NCBI GenBank assembly: GCA_963706575.1
Contig: CAVPNL010000006.1
Coordinates: 704,001-768,000 of the forward strand
Direction of reading: 5' to 3'
DNA: 64,000 bases
From: an uncultured delta proteobacterium
GTDB taxonomy: Bacteria > Desulfobacterota > Desulfobacteria > Desulfobacterales > JAHEIW01
The notes beneath the pieces were generated by a model, which was not told the DNA's origin, searched no databases, and worked only from the letters and a program-made list of their open reading frames with translations. Below, one piece after another: positions 52,901-63,484 of the stretch (position 1 is its first letter; every line of letters begins with the position of its first letter). The position numbers were made by a program, and so were the translations under genes.

Positions 52901-53118
52901 TTTATAACAAATTGATGGCATATATGAAAGCCCCCGGGGATCAGACTGGAGAAGGTGCCTTGCATCTTTAAGCGCCTTGAACCGGTATATTGAAATAAAT
53001 GTTGTAATTTCAGATTATTACATAATTTCCTGCCATTTTTACAAAATTATTCATCATCTCTTGCCGCGGTAAGGTTTCAAAATAATTTTGCGTTTTATGG
53101 TTCCCATCCAGCCATTTC

Positions 53119-53147
53119 TTGACAAGATCCACCGGGTTCTTTTATAT
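53119..53147 (+). promoter_or_regulatory. Putative sigma-70 promoter
   Basis: TTGACA - 17 nt - TATATT, upstream of 53186. Confidence 0.5.
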
Positions 53148-53185
53148 TTATACATTTATATGCTACCGTCTGGCGGGATAATTTT

Positions 53186-53734
53186 ATGGGACTTGAAAAC
53201 CATACGACAATGACAGCGGCCCAGCTGGAGGCGGGTATTGCCGAAGCCAGAAGATATCCGCATGCCCATGTGCATAAAGGTGATTTAATCATCTCCCCCG
53301 AGGCCTTTGAGTCACCGGGAAGAGAAACCAATTTGATTATCAGCCGATTTGCCATTATCGATTGTACCGGGTCTGTCCGTATCGGCCCCTGGTGCAATAT
53401 ATCGGCGCGTACCCGGGTTTATACCCATGACCACATTCATATGGGCAGAACACCGCTTTTCGAAACAGAGGCCAGGTACGGGGTTTTGTGGCAGGACAAA
53501 ACCATCGGTGCCGATGTCTGGTTGCATGACGGCTCGATCGTGCTTTATCAGGTAACCCATATACCGGACGGGGTCGTTTTAGGCGCAGGGTCTGTATTAA
53601 CCAAAAATCCGGGACCTTATGAAATTTGGGCCGGGGCACCGGCTAAAAAAATCGGTGTGAGAAATGACGTGGCCTCCGAAGCCATCGAAAACCTGCTTGA
53701 ACAAAACAGTCGCAGGTTGCCGGAGCAGCGTTAA
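53186..53734 (+). CDS. Hexapeptide-repeat (LbH) O-acyltransferase
   Basis: VRIGPWCNIS...YTHDH, IGADVWL and LGAGSVLTK...WAGAPAK. Confidence 0.85.
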   Translation: MGLENHTTMTAAQLEAGIAEARRYPHAHVHKGDLIISPEAFESPGRETNLIISRFAIIDCTGSVRIGPWCNISARTRVYTHDHIHMGRTPLFETEARYGVLWQDKTIGADVWLHDGSIVLYQVTHIPDGVVLGAGSVLTKNPGPYEIWAGAPAKKIGVRNDVASEAIENLLEQNSRRLPEQR

Positions 53735-53787
53735 TGCAGGCATATTCAGTATGTTTCACGACGAAGGGCAAAAAGTTCACAAAGTTT

Positions 53788-53933
53788 TAGAAGTGGTTTC
53801 AAAACCCCATCTAATGTCTGATAGCTGCGTTGCAGACCTCTTTAAAATGCTCACATACTATACGTATGCTGCGCTTTTTCATCGGTCTGCGCCTTGCTCT
53901 CAAACATGATCTGAGGTTTTGAAACCACTTCTA
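53788..53933. mobile_element. MITE family 1, copy 3 (146 bp), inserted into a family C cassette
   Basis: Perfect TIR TAGAAGTGGTTTCAAAACC / GGTTTTGAAACCACTTCTA, flanked by CACGACGAAG... and ...CTTCGCGTTCTTCGTGG. Confidence 0.85.
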
Positions 53934-54048
53934 ATAATATTGATTTATTGCTTTCTTCGCGTTCTTCGTGGTTTTATATTTATTTCGTACAGGGTTAAAG
54001 ACGACTTCGGGTTGGAATTTTAGACAACACTTTTGATTGGAAGCGTGG

Positions 54049-55245
54049 ATGGGTCGCAATTCGACATATAACATTATGATGTATTCCCACGATACTTACG
54101 GCCTCGGTCACATTCGCCGAACAATGGCGATTGCCGCACATCTCCTGGGACCCCGCATCAATATACTCATCCTGACCGGATCCCCCATCGCCGGCCGCTT
54201 TTCGTTTCCCGAGCAGATCGATTTTGTGCGAATCCCGGGAATGATTAAAAAAACCAATGATGAGTATCTCCCGCTTTCGATTAAAATTAATGCCAGGCAC
54301 GCGCTGGATATCCGCAAAAATATCATCACCGCCACCGCTAAAACCTTTCAGCCGCAGCTTTTCATCGTGGATAAAGAACCCCTCGGATTGCGCAAAGAGG
54401 TGCTGCCGACCCTCAAGTGGCTGCAGCGTTCCCGCCCCGGTACCCGGGCTATTTTAGGGCTCAGGGACATCATGGATGATGCCGCCACGGTTAAACAGGA
54501 TTGGCGCGAAAAAGGCGTGTATGAAATTTTGCAAAACCTGTACGCTGAGATATGGGTGTACGGCAACCGGGAGTTTTATAATCCGATTGAAGAATATGAT
54601 ATCGCGGAGTCGATCAGTCAAAAAATGTACTTTACGGGATATATCCCGCGCAAGACTCCCGGCCCGGAGGCGGTGCGAAATATCCGCAAAGAACTCGGCG
54701 TCAAGCCTGACGAAAAGCTCGTGGTGGTGACCACCGGCGGCGGTGGCGATGGATATGCCGTCATGCGCACTTATGTTTCCATGCTTGAATCTGCTGCAAA
54801 ACCGCTGCCGTTTAAAAGCGTATTGATCACCGGACCGTTTATGCCCAAAAACAAACGCCGCAAGATCTTTAAACGTGCCAGAAAGCAGGGTGTTCGTGGC
54901 TACCATTTCTACCGGCAAATGGAAAAAATCTTTGCAGCCGCCGATCTGGTCGTCTGCATGGGAGGATACAATTCGCTCTGTGAAATTTTGAGTCAGGGGA
55001 CTCCGAGCCTGGTAATCCCCCGTGAAACACCGCGCAAAGAGCAGCTGATCCGGGCCCAGACATTCAAACGCCACAACCTGGTGGATTACATCCCGTGGGC
55101 CGAATTAGGACCGGCCATTCTGCAGCAAAAAATTCTGTCCTTCCTGGAAGCTCCGGAACCCTATTTGAAGGCCATTTCACAATTTCGTTTTACCGGAATC
55201 GAAACCATGCAGCAGCGCCTTCGCGACTTCAGGCTTAAAAAGTGA
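54049..55245 (+). CDS. Predicted glycosyltransferase (COG4671 / GT28-C-like)
   Basis: YSHDTYGLGHIRR, GLRDI, TGGGGDG, MGGYN and EQLIRA. Confidence 0.82.
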   Translation: MGRNSTYNIMMYSHDTYGLGHIRRTMAIAAHLLGPRINILILTGSPIAGRFSFPEQIDFVRIPGMIKKTNDEYLPLSIKINARHALDIRKNIITATAKTFQPQLFIVDKEPLGLRKEVLPTLKWLQRSRPGTRAILGLRDIMDDAATVKQDWREKGVYEILQNLYAEIWVYGNREFYNPIEEYDIAESISQKMYFTGYIPRKTPGPEAVRNIRKELGVKPDEKLVVVTTGGGGDGYAVMRTYVSMLESAAKPLPFKSVLITGPFMPKNKRRKIFKRARKQGVRGYHFYRQMEKIFAAADLVVCMGGYNSLCEILSQGTPSLVIPRETPRKEQLIRAQTFKRHNLVDYIPWAELGPAILQQKILSFLEAPEPYLKAISQFRFTGIETMQQRLRDFRLKK

Positions 55246-56513
55246 TGAATCCCCTTCGCCGGCCTTTCCTGGGAATGATCCTGAAGGGATATCCCCGAAT
55301 TTCTGAAACATTTATCTCCAATGAAATCCTTTTGCTCGAAAAACTGGGTTTTCCCATCCACCTGTTTTCCATGCGCCGGCCCCGGGAAAACTTCACCCAC
55401 CAAAGTGTTAACCGGATTCAGGCAGCCGTCGATTACTTACCTGAAACTCTGTTGAAACCGCTGCCGCGCTTGATGTACCATAATTGCCTGCTGGCGGCTC
55501 AGCGGCCACGAGTCTATACCCGCGCTTTAAAAATGGCATTTCAACGCTTTTTAAGGACGCGCAAATCGGCCACGCTCAAGCATCTTTTTCAGGCGGGCTA
55601 TCTGGTGCAGCGTTTGATGCCCGGGCGGCGGATCATCCATCTGCATGCCCATTTTGCCCATTCTCCGGCATCGGTGGCCATGTTTGCGAGCATATTAAGC
55701 GGGCTGCCGTTCAGCTTTACCGCCCATGCCAAAGATATTTATACCTCGGATCCCCGGCAGCTGAGGGAAAAAGCCGCGCTGGCAAAATTTGTGGTCACCT
55801 GCACCGAATACAACCGGCGGCATCTATTGGCGCTTTGTGACGGTGAGCCGGGTGCGATTCATCGGGTTTACCACGGCATTGACACCCGGCTTTTTTCCCT
55901 GAGCCAGGATGGGATTTCGAAAGCTGAAAAGCCTTATCGGATTCTGACTGTCGCCCGCCTGATCGCCAAAAAAGGATTGCCCACCGTTTATCAGGCCCTG
56001 AAGGTCTTGCAGGATAAGGGGATTGCGTTCACGCATACGCTTATCGGTGATGGCGAAGATCGCCAAAAAATTCTAGCGCTGATAAAAGATCTGAATCTGG
56101 CCGATAACACCCGCTGGCTGGGCACTCAGCCCCATGAAGTGGTTCTGGATTATTACAAACGGGCGCATCTGTTTGTGCTGGGCTGTGAGGTGGCGCCCAA
56201 CGGTGACCGGGATGGAATTCCCAATGTTTTATTCGAAAGTATGGCCATGGGTGTCCCGGTGGTGGTAACCCGCTTATCGGCCATCCCCGAGCTGGTGGAA
56301 ACTGAAAAAACCGGATTGCTGGCGGCCCCCGGCCAACCGCGGCAACTGGCCGAAGCCATGCTGAAAATGCTGACAGATGAAGCGCTGAGAGCCCGTGTCA
56401 TAGCGGCTGCCCGGCAGCGCGTGATGCAGGACTTCGACAATAAGGTGCTCATTCGCAAATTGGCCACAATCTATCGGAAAGAAATAGCAGCATTTAAGGA
56501 TTTGGAAATTTAA
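55242..56513 (+). CDS. GT4 glycosyltransferase (WcaL-like)
   Basis: YPRISETFI, HLHAHFAH, TAHAKDIY and DRDGIPNVLFESMAMG. Confidence 0.88.
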   Translation: MMNPLRRPFLGMILKGYPRISETFISNEILLLEKLGFPIHLFSMRRPRENFTHQSVNRIQAAVDYLPETLLKPLPRLMYHNCLLAAQRPRVYTRALKMAFQRFLRTRKSATLKHLFQAGYLVQRLMPGRRIIHLHAHFAHSPASVAMFASILSGLPFSFTAHAKDIYTSDPRQLREKAALAKFVVTCTEYNRRHLLALCDGEPGAIHRVYHGIDTRLFSLSQDGISKAEKPYRILTVARLIAKKGLPTVYQALKVLQDKGIAFTHTLIGDGEDRQKILALIKDLNLADNTRWLGTQPHEVVLDYYKRAHLFVLGCEVAPNGDRDGIPNVLFESMAMGVPVVVTRLSAIPELVETEKTGLLAAPGQPRQLAEAMLKMLTDEALRARVIAAARQRVMQDFDNKVLIRKLATIYRKEIAAFKDLEI

Positions 56514-56573
56514 AAATTGATGGGTCATTTTTTTCCTGGTTAAATCCGCAATCTGCAATCTAAAATCTAAAAT

Positions 56574-57686
56574 ATGAAGATTTTATTCTACGCACCTTTT
56601 AAACCGCTGGGCCATGACCATCCCTCCGGCGATCTGGTGACGGCGACTGAAATCGTCAGCTATTTGGTCAAGCAGGGCCATGAGGTCATTCAGGCCAGCA
56701 CCCTGCGTTGCCGCTGGATTTACTGGAAACCGTGGCTGTGGCCGAAGCTGCTGGTTGAAAAAAGGCGCACGGTCCGCCGATTTTTTAAAAAAAATGTCGA
56801 CCTGTGGTTTACCTACCACACGTATTATAAGGCACCGGATTTGCTGGGGCCCTATGCATCGCGAAAATTGAACATACCCTATGTTATTTTTCAGGGCATG
56901 TATTCAACCAAGCACCGGCGCAAGCTCAAAACATGGCTCGGTTTTCATTTAAACAAAGGCGCCCTGTGCGCTGCCCGGCATGTTTTTGTCAATAAAACCG
57001 TTGATTGGATCAATCTCAAACGGCTTATACCGGCTGAACGTATCAGCTATATATCGCCCGGAATCCATCCTGCTGCTTTTTATTTTGAGGATGATGCCCG
57101 TCAAGCACTTCGCGGTCAATGGAATGTTGCTGATGAACCGGTGGTGTTTTCGGCGGCGATGTTCCGGGCGGACGTGAAAACCGAAGGATTGATCTGGGTG
57201 ATTCGCGCCTGCGCTGAATTGTTGCGCCGCGGCAGTCTTCTGCGGCTGGTAATTGCCGGCGATGGGAAACAGCGGGAGCGGCTCAAACGGCTGGCTGGCG
57301 AGCAACTGGGGGAGCGCGTGGTTTTTGTCGGGAAAGTCCCCAGAGATAACATGTACCGCTATTACAGCGCATGTGACCTGTTTGTTTTCCCGGGTATTCG
57401 GGAATCCCTCGGGATGGTATTTCTTGAAGCGCAGGCTTGCGGCCTGCCGGTGGTTGCTTTTGATAATGCCGGCGTGCCGGAAGCCGTTCAGGACGGCCGG
57501 ACAGGGTTTTTGGTGCCGATGTATGCGGCTAAACTTTTTGCGGATGCCATCGAACGGCTTCTGAAAAATAATGATCTACGTCAGCAAATGAGCCGGGCGG
57601 CTCAATCTTATGTTCGGCAGCAGCATGACCTGAATCACAACTATCAGAAAATGGAAGACATGCTTCAGGGAATTGTTAATAAATAA
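56574..57686 (+). CDS. GT4 glycosyltransferase
   Basis: FYAPFKP..H..PSGD, YHTYYKAPD and ESLGMVFLEAQACG. Confidence 0.88.
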   Translation: MKILFYAPFKPLGHDHPSGDLVTATEIVSYLVKQGHEVIQASTLRCRWIYWKPWLWPKLLVEKRRTVRRFFKKNVDLWFTYHTYYKAPDLLGPYASRKLNIPYVIFQGMYSTKHRRKLKTWLGFHLNKGALCAARHVFVNKTVDWINLKRLIPAERISYISPGIHPAAFYFEDDARQALRGQWNVADEPVVFSAAMFRADVKTEGLIWVIRACAELLRRGSLLRLVIAGDGKQRERLKRLAGEQLGERVVFVGKVPRDNMYRYYSACDLFVFPGIRESLGMVFLEAQACGLPVVAFDNAGVPEAVQDGRTGFLVPMYAAKLFADAIERLLKNNDLRQQMSRAAQSYVRQQHDLNHNYQKMEDMLQGIVNK

Positions 57687-57693
57687 TAAAATC

Positions 57694-57846
57694 TCGTAAA
57701 AAGTCAGAAAAGCGTCCTTTTTACGAGTGTGTTTTGTATTTGGTGTTTAGTGTTTAGTATTCTAACATGCAGATATAGTATCATATATTTCATACCAAAC
57801 ACCAAACACGAAACACCAAACACTAGATGAATTCGACTTTTTGCGA
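57694..57846. mobile_element. Family A 7-mer cassette inside a complete MITE-like shell (153 bp)
   Basis: Outer TIR TCGTAAAAAGTC / GACTTTTTGCGA encloses (TGTTTAG)n - spacer - (CAAACAC)n. Confidence 0.85.
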
Positions 57847-57943
57847 AATTATCAATCTTTTCCTTGACCATAGTTACAAATTCGGAATTAATCCCGATCT
57901 GGTATAATTTTTTAGAGTTTGTTCCGCAAATGAGGTGAAAGAA

Positions 57944-58564
57944 ATGCCTTCTGGAGAAACCATCACCCGCTTCGGCCTCATGCGACACGCCGAAACCTTA
58001 TGGAATCGGGAAAGCAGAATTCAGGGGCATCATGATTCTTCCCTGACGAACAGCGGGAAAAAGGATGCCGATGGCTGGGGCCGCCGTTTAAAACGGATTG
58101 CCTGGGATCGCATCTTTGGCAGTGATCTGGGGCGTGCGGTTGATACCGCCGCTATCATCAATCATCATTTGCAGGTTCCGTTTGAGACCGATCCACGGCT
58201 CAGAGAGCAGGACTGGGGCGAATGGACCGCTGAATTGATCGCCAAAATTGAATCGGAAGCGCTGCCCAAGCTGGATGAAACCAAAAGGACCGGCTGGCAA
58301 TTTTGCCCTCCGGGAGGAGAAGATCGCATCAGTGTGTGGCAAAGAAGCCATTGTGCGCTGGTGGCTGCCGCTAAACGATGGCCCGGTGAGACGATTTTAA
58401 TTGTCACCCACGAAGGGGTTATCAGAAGCCTGATTTACAGACTTTGTAACCGGAGATATTTACCGCAGGAACCGGCTTTGCTCAAATCCCGGCATCTGCA
58501 TTGGTTGATTTGCGACTCCGACAGGCTTCAGCTTAAACGTATAAATGCGGTGATGCTCGGATAA
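57944..58564 (+). CDS. Histidine phosphatase family protein
   Basis: RHAET, SDLGRA..T, LRE..WGEW, PGGE and VTHEG. Confidence 0.85.
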   Translation: MPSGETITRFGLMRHAETLWNRESRIQGHHDSSLTNSGKKDADGWGRRLKRIAWDRIFGSDLGRAVDTAAIINHHLQVPFETDPRLREQDWGEWTAELIAKIESEALPKLDETKRTGWQFCPPGGEDRISVWQRSHCALVAAAKRWPGETILIVTHEGVIRSLIYRLCNRRYLPQEPALLKSRHLHWLICDSDRLQLKRINAVMLG

Positions 58565-58648
58565 AATGACAGCCTTTCAATTGTGTAAATCTAAAATGCC
58601 GGCATTTTCAAATGCAACAATTCAGTATGGGGGGATGGTCCTTTCAGG

Positions 58649-59827
58649 ATGAAAATCGTCGTGTATTGTCAACATGTGCTTGGAGTCGGTCACCTGTTTC
58701 GAACTATCGAAATCTGCAAGGCAATGGCTGGACATGAAGTGATTCTGGCAATCGGCGGGCCCCGGATCGAAACAAAATTACCCGACCATGTCAGCATCGT
58801 TCAGTTGCCGTATTTGCAGATGGATGCGGAGTTTAAGGGACTGTTTGGTTCGGATAAAACCGCATCGCTGGATCAAATCAAAAAAGAACGGAAAAAAAAA
58901 CTGCTCGCCCTTATTAAAAAAGAAAGGCCGCACATATTTCTTCTTGAGCTGTATCCATTCGGGCGAAAGGCATTTCGATTCGAGCTCGATCCGGTGATTG
59001 AAGAGATCCGCAGCAGGCCATCACCGCGCTGCGGGGTGATCAGCAGCGTGCGTGACATCCTCGTTGAAAAGGATAACCAGCAAAAACACGAAGGGCGCGT
59101 GCTGGAAACGCTGAATCATTATTTTGACGCGGTGGTGATCCATTCGGATCCCAAGGTGATTACGTTCAATGAAACGTTTTTACGATTTGCCGAAATTAAT
59201 ATTCCTGTTGTGTATACAGGCTATATTGCCCCAAAGCCGCCTGATCGTATCAGGGGCAGCATTCGTAACCAGCTGGGGATCAAGGAAGAAGAAACACTGA
59301 TTGTGGCCAGTGCCGGCGGCGGTAGTGTGGGCAAACCACTTCTGGAGGCGGTGATCCAGGCTTTCAGCCTTTTAAAAATCAAAACAGGAGCCCATCTCCG
59401 TGTTTACACCGGGCCGTTTATTTCAGGAAACGATTTTGCGGCTCTAGAGCGTATGAAAAATATAGCTCGGAGCGTTCATATAGAAAAATTTACGGCCGAT
59501 TTTTTATCCTTTCTGGCAGCGGCAGACCTATCGATCAGCATGGGCGGGTACAATACGACCATGAACATTTTAACCTCCGGAGTGTCTGCTTTGGTGTGGC
59601 CCTTTGCGCAGAATCGCGAGCAGCGGTTGCGTGCCAAGCGACTTGCGGATTTAGGTGCCTTGAAACTTATCAACGACCAGGATCTTATTCCCGAGAATCT
59701 TGCCCGACTCATGCACAAAACTCTGGCAAACGCAGGGTTAAAGAAAATCGAAATTGATCTAAACGGAGCCGCCAATACCGTTAGGTGGCTGGAAAACTGG
59801 CTAAAAAGGAAATCTAAGCGTTGGTAA
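58649..59827 (+). CDS. Predicted glycosyltransferase (COG4671 / GT28-C-like)
   Basis: YCQHVLGVGHLFR, ELYPFGR, SVRDILV, SAGGG and GYNT. Confidence 0.82.
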   Translation: MKIVVYCQHVLGVGHLFRTIEICKAMAGHEVILAIGGPRIETKLPDHVSIVQLPYLQMDAEFKGLFGSDKTASLDQIKKERKKKLLALIKKERPHIFLLELYPFGRKAFRFELDPVIEEIRSRPSPRCGVISSVRDILVEKDNQQKHEGRVLETLNHYFDAVVIHSDPKVITFNETFLRFAEINIPVVYTGYIAPKPPDRIRGSIRNQLGIKEEETLIVASAGGGSVGKPLLEAVIQAFSLLKIKTGAHLRVYTGPFISGNDFAALERMKNIARSVHIEKFTADFLSFLAAADLSISMGGYNTTMNILTSGVSALVWPFAQNREQRLRAKRLADLGALKLINDQDLIPENLARLMHKTLANAGLKKIEIDLNGAANTVRWLENWLKRKSKRW

Positions 59828-60625
59828 AGCCCGACATCTCCTTCATATCGCTTCAGGCACCAGCAGATATTATTGCCCGAATTGAAAGTTGCATAAACAC
59901 TGCCTGTGACCGTTTAACCGCCGCAGAGACCGTGCTTATTTACTTTCGAGCAGATGATATCGCGGCGCCGGGAGCGAAATTTTTCCGGATGATGGAATTA
60001 TTTTCAAACTATCGGATTCCGTTATCCCTTGCCGTTGTGCCGGCCTGGCTTACTGCTCAGAGATGGGATGACCTTGCGAAGTCCGGGGAAAGGGTTTTCG
60101 TCGCTGTGGTGTTGGCATCAGCATGGGTGGCGCCATATCAACCATGAATACGCCGGCCGCAGCCAGGAGTTCGGTCCTGCACGGCTTCAAGCAGACATCA
60201 AAGACGACCTGTTAAAAGGCAAGTGCCGACTGGAAAATATTATAGGAGACAATTTCTATCCGGTGTTCACGCCACCATGGAACCGCTGTAATCTCAAAAC
60301 CCTCAAGTTGGTCAAGGACTGCGGATTTTTCGCAGTATCCCGAAACTGTGGGGCATTGCCACCGGCGCCGCATACCCTGCCCGATTTTTGTGTTGATGTT
60401 GATCTGCACACTCGCAGAGTGATTGACCCAGCAACAGAATGGAGCCGTCTTTTTGCAGAGTTAACAGAATATCTGTCCTCGGGCCGATGCGGAATTATGA
60501 TTCATCACCGTAAGATGAATACGGCGGCTTTTGATTTTCTTGAAATACTCTTGAAGATTTTAAAAAGACACAAACGCATCCGGCTCCTCAATTTTAAAAA
60601 TTTGGCTGAAACTCAAGGTGCTTAG
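59821..60625 (+). CDS. Polysaccharide deacetylase-like protein (frameshift ~60085)
   Basis: FRADD, LAVVP, HQHGWRH.NH, VFTPPWNR and MIHH. Confidence 0.8.
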
Positions 60626-60635
60626 CTGAATACTG

Positions 60636-61808
60636 ATGAAAATAATATTTTATTGCCAGTATGTTTGGGGAATGGGGCACTTATTTCGAAGTCTTGAACT
60701 GGTGCGAGCCCTTGCCGATCACGACGTTGTTCTGATTGCCGGGGGGCGCGAGGTTGATGTCAGGCTGCCCGATCATGTTACCCTTGTGCGCCTGCCCGGA
60801 CTGTACATGGATGAACAATTTACCACCTTAATACCGGAAGATGCCGCCAAAACGGTTGACGATATTCAGCGTGAACGCAAAGATATTTTATTTTCTTTAT
60901 TGGAAAAGCACCAGCCGGATGTTTTTATGATCGAACTCTATCCCTTCGGCCGCACCATTTTTGGCTTTGAGCTTCAACCGCTGCTGGACGGGATCCGGCA
61001 GGGCCGATTTGGTGAAATGAAGGTGGTGTGCAGCCTGCGAGATATTCTGGTTGAAAAAAAGGACCCGCCGGCCTATGAAGAGCGGGTTCTAAACATACTC
61101 AATACCTATTTTGATCTGTTGTTGATTCATTCGGATGAACACCTGCTGGCTCTTGATGAAACCTTCAGCCGGATGGATGATATTCGGATTCCGGCGGTTT
61201 ACACCGGCTTTGTCTCTCCAAAAGCCAACCCGGAAGCAGGCCGTAGATTGAGGTGTGAGCTGGGTGTCGGTTCGGAAGAAAAACTCATTGTGGCGAGCGC
61301 CGGCGGCGGGCGATCCGGCTATGCCCTTTTAACCGGTATTCTGGATGCATATCATTTGTTGGGAAATTCGGGCCGGATCCGAATAGAAATGTTTACCGGT
61401 CCATTTCGGGATCCTGCCGAATTTAAAAATCTGACGGCTAAATCGGTTGACGGTGTCCGCATACGGTATTTTACCAATCGGTTTCTGGACTATTTATCAG
61501 CCGCCGATCTTTCCGTTAGCCTGGCCGGGTACAATACCTGTATGAACCTTTTGGCGGCGCGGGTTCCTTCACTGGTTTTTCCTTATTCAAAACAACGTGA
61601 GCAACCGATTCGGGTCGAAAAAATTAAAAATTTTATACCGATGAAAATACTTCGGGACAAAGATATTGAACCCGAGCTGCTAAGCCGTTATATCCAAAAA
61701 ATGTTGCTTGAATCCCGGCCTTCCGGCGCCGTGCCGATTAATCTGAATGGCGCTGAAAATTCGGCGATGTATCTTGAAAACTGGATAGGCAGCCGAAAGG
61801 AATTCTAA
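60636..61808 (+). CDS. Predicted glycosyltransferase (COG4671 / GT28-C-like), paralog of 58649..59827
   Basis: YCQYVWGMGHLFR, ELYPFGR, SLRDILV, SAGGG and GYNT. Confidence 0.82.
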   Translation: MKIIFYCQYVWGMGHLFRSLELVRALADHDVVLIAGGREVDVRLPDHVTLVRLPGLYMDEQFTTLIPEDAAKTVDDIQRERKDILFSLLEKHQPDVFMIELYPFGRTIFGFELQPLLDGIRQGRFGEMKVVCSLRDILVEKKDPPAYEERVLNILNTYFDLLLIHSDEHLLALDETFSRMDDIRIPAVYTGFVSPKANPEAGRRLRCELGVGSEEKLIVASAGGGRSGYALLTGILDAYHLLGNSGRIRIEMFTGPFRDPAEFKNLTAKSVDGVRIRYFTNRFLDYLSAADLSVSLAGYNTCMNLLAARVPSLVFPYSKQREQPIRVEKIKNFIPMKILRDKDIEPELLSRYIQKMLLESRPSGAVPINLNGAENSAMYLENWIGSRKEF

Positions 61809-61826
61809 ATCAAAAGGAAAATTCGC

Positions 61827-62471
61827 GTGCAAAAAAACCCGGATCTTATTATCGAAAATTATATTGCGGAACATACCGATGACGTTTCTCCGCTTTTGCA
61901 GGATCTTCTAAAAGAAACTGAAGCAATTACCAAACGCTCACGCTGGAGTATCGGGCAAGTTGAAGGCAAATTGATGCAATTTCTGATCAAAATATCGGGT
62001 ACCCGCAATGCCGTTGAAATCGGAACATTTACCGGTTTCTCGGCTTTAATGATCGCCGAAGCTTTACCGGATGACGGCCTGCTGGTCACCTGCGAATCCC
62101 GTAAAAAATATGCTGAAATCGCTAATCGCTACATTAAAAAAAGTCCGCATGGCAGGAAAATTCGGCTGGAATTGAAGCCGGCTATGCAAACCTTGAAAGA
62201 GATTGCGGAAAACAGTGTTGATTTTGTTTTTATTGATGCCGACAAACCTTCTTACAGCCGTTACTTTGACGAAGCCCTGCGAATATTGCGTGCCGGCGGT
62301 TTCATTTTCGTGGATAACGTCTTCTGGCGAAATAAGATATTCAAACACAAAATGACCAATGAAAATGCGACTGCCATCGCCGCTTTTAACGCGAAGGTCA
62401 AGGCGGAAGACCGTGTTGAAAAGGTGATGTTGAGCGTGCGCGATGGTATTTATCTGATTCGTAAAATTTAG
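61827..62471 (+). CDS. SAM-dependent O-methyltransferase (CCoAOMT/COMT-like)
   Basis: EIGTFTGFS, FIDADK and VDNV.W. Confidence 0.88.
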   Translation: MQKNPDLIIENYIAEHTDDVSPLLQDLLKETEAITKRSRWSIGQVEGKLMQFLIKISGTRNAVEIGTFTGFSALMIAEALPDDGLLVTCESRKKYAEIANRYIKKSPHGRKIRLELKPAMQTLKEIAENSVDFVFIDADKPSYSRYFDEALRILRAGGFIFVDNVFWRNKIFKHKMTNENATAIAAFNAKVKAEDRVEKVMLSVRDGIYLIRKI

Positions 62472-62785
62472 ATGCATCCTGATCCTATTCCATTATTCCT
62501 TGAATAATTTGGGGACACATGCCTAAAAAGCACCCCGTCTTTTCATTCGAGGGGCAGAAGACTTTAAGTTTTAATAGGAACCGTTACTATTTACTATTTA
62601 AAATGATATGTGATACAGCTACACACCGTTAATTGTGGCGATAGAACGATTATACCTTCACTGAAAAATTAACCATTGCCAATTTACCGGCAAGGGGTTA
62701 AATGTGGTCATCAGCGTTTCATTGGTTTGAAATAGGTTCAAGCGATCATGTGCAGCGTGCTTTCCGGATAATAAGGATCCCAAAC

Positions 62786-63484
62786 ATGGCTGATCAACAA
62801 ATCCCGCCGACGAATCAAGTAGAATCTGCACATGTTAACCGCCAGATCGTCCTTCCGTTTGCGAAATCGGTTGAAATTGCACTTAAAAGCATAAAAGTCC
62901 GTTTTTTTCGCTCTTTGATTACGACCATGAGCCTGGTTCTGGCAGTGTCTTTTTTAAGTTTTGTCAGGGTCAGTAATGATATGGCCAATGGGTTGCTGGC
63001 AACTCAGGATCGTCATTTGCGTCAGGCCGTCATTCGATCAGGATATGATGTCGGACCCGAAGACACCAATGTGGGGGCCAATCCCAAACAGCGCTGGATC
63101 ATTATCCTATCGCTTTTAGTTTGTGTGGTGGGGATCGTCAATGCTCAGCTCATGGCGGTAACAGAGCGCTTTCGCGAAATTGGCACCATGAAATGTTTAG
63201 GCGCGCTGGATCGGTTCATCCTGAGGCTTTTTATTCTCGAATCCGGCATGCAGGGGCTGGCGGGCGCCGGGGCGGGTGCGCTGGCAGGCGCCGTATTCGC
63301 TCTGGTAGGTGCATTGTTGCGTTACGGATTCGTATCGATGACGACGGTTTCATGGGGCGCTGTGATCGCCTCGGTGGGTATTGCGATTGCGGTGGGGTGT
63401 CTCTTGAGTTTGATCGGTGTCCTGTATCCGGCCATTGTGGCTGCCAGAATGCAGCCCGTCGAGGCCATGCGGGTGGAGCAGTAA
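62786..63484 (+). CDS. FtsX/MacB-like ABC permease
   Basis: VGIVNAQLMAVTERFREIGTMKCLGA and YPA..AARMQPVEAMR. Confidence 0.85.
   Translation: MADQQIPPTNQVESAHVNRQIVLPFAKSVEIALKSIKVRFFRSLITTMSLVLAVSFLSFVRVSNDMANGLLATQDRHLRQAVIRSGYDVGPEDTNVGANPKQRWIIILSLLVCVVGIVNAQLMAVTERFREIGTMKCLGALDRFILRLFILESGMQGLAGAGAGALAGAVFALVGALLRYGFVSMTTVSWGAVIASVGIAIAVGCLLSLIGVLYPAIVAARMQPVEAMRVEQ

Noticed and set aside
41078..57988. Short ORFs with CLVFG/LNTKHQ or FRISDF peptides (41078..41347, 57704..57988, 43661..44083, 9857..10126)
   Set aside because: The shared peptides come from translating the 7-mer repeats and do not represent a protein family.
57944..58564. cobC (alpha-ribazole phosphatase) call for the histidine phosphatase
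   Set aside because: It sits in the glycosyltransferase operon, far from the cob genes, and family motifs do not specify the substrate.
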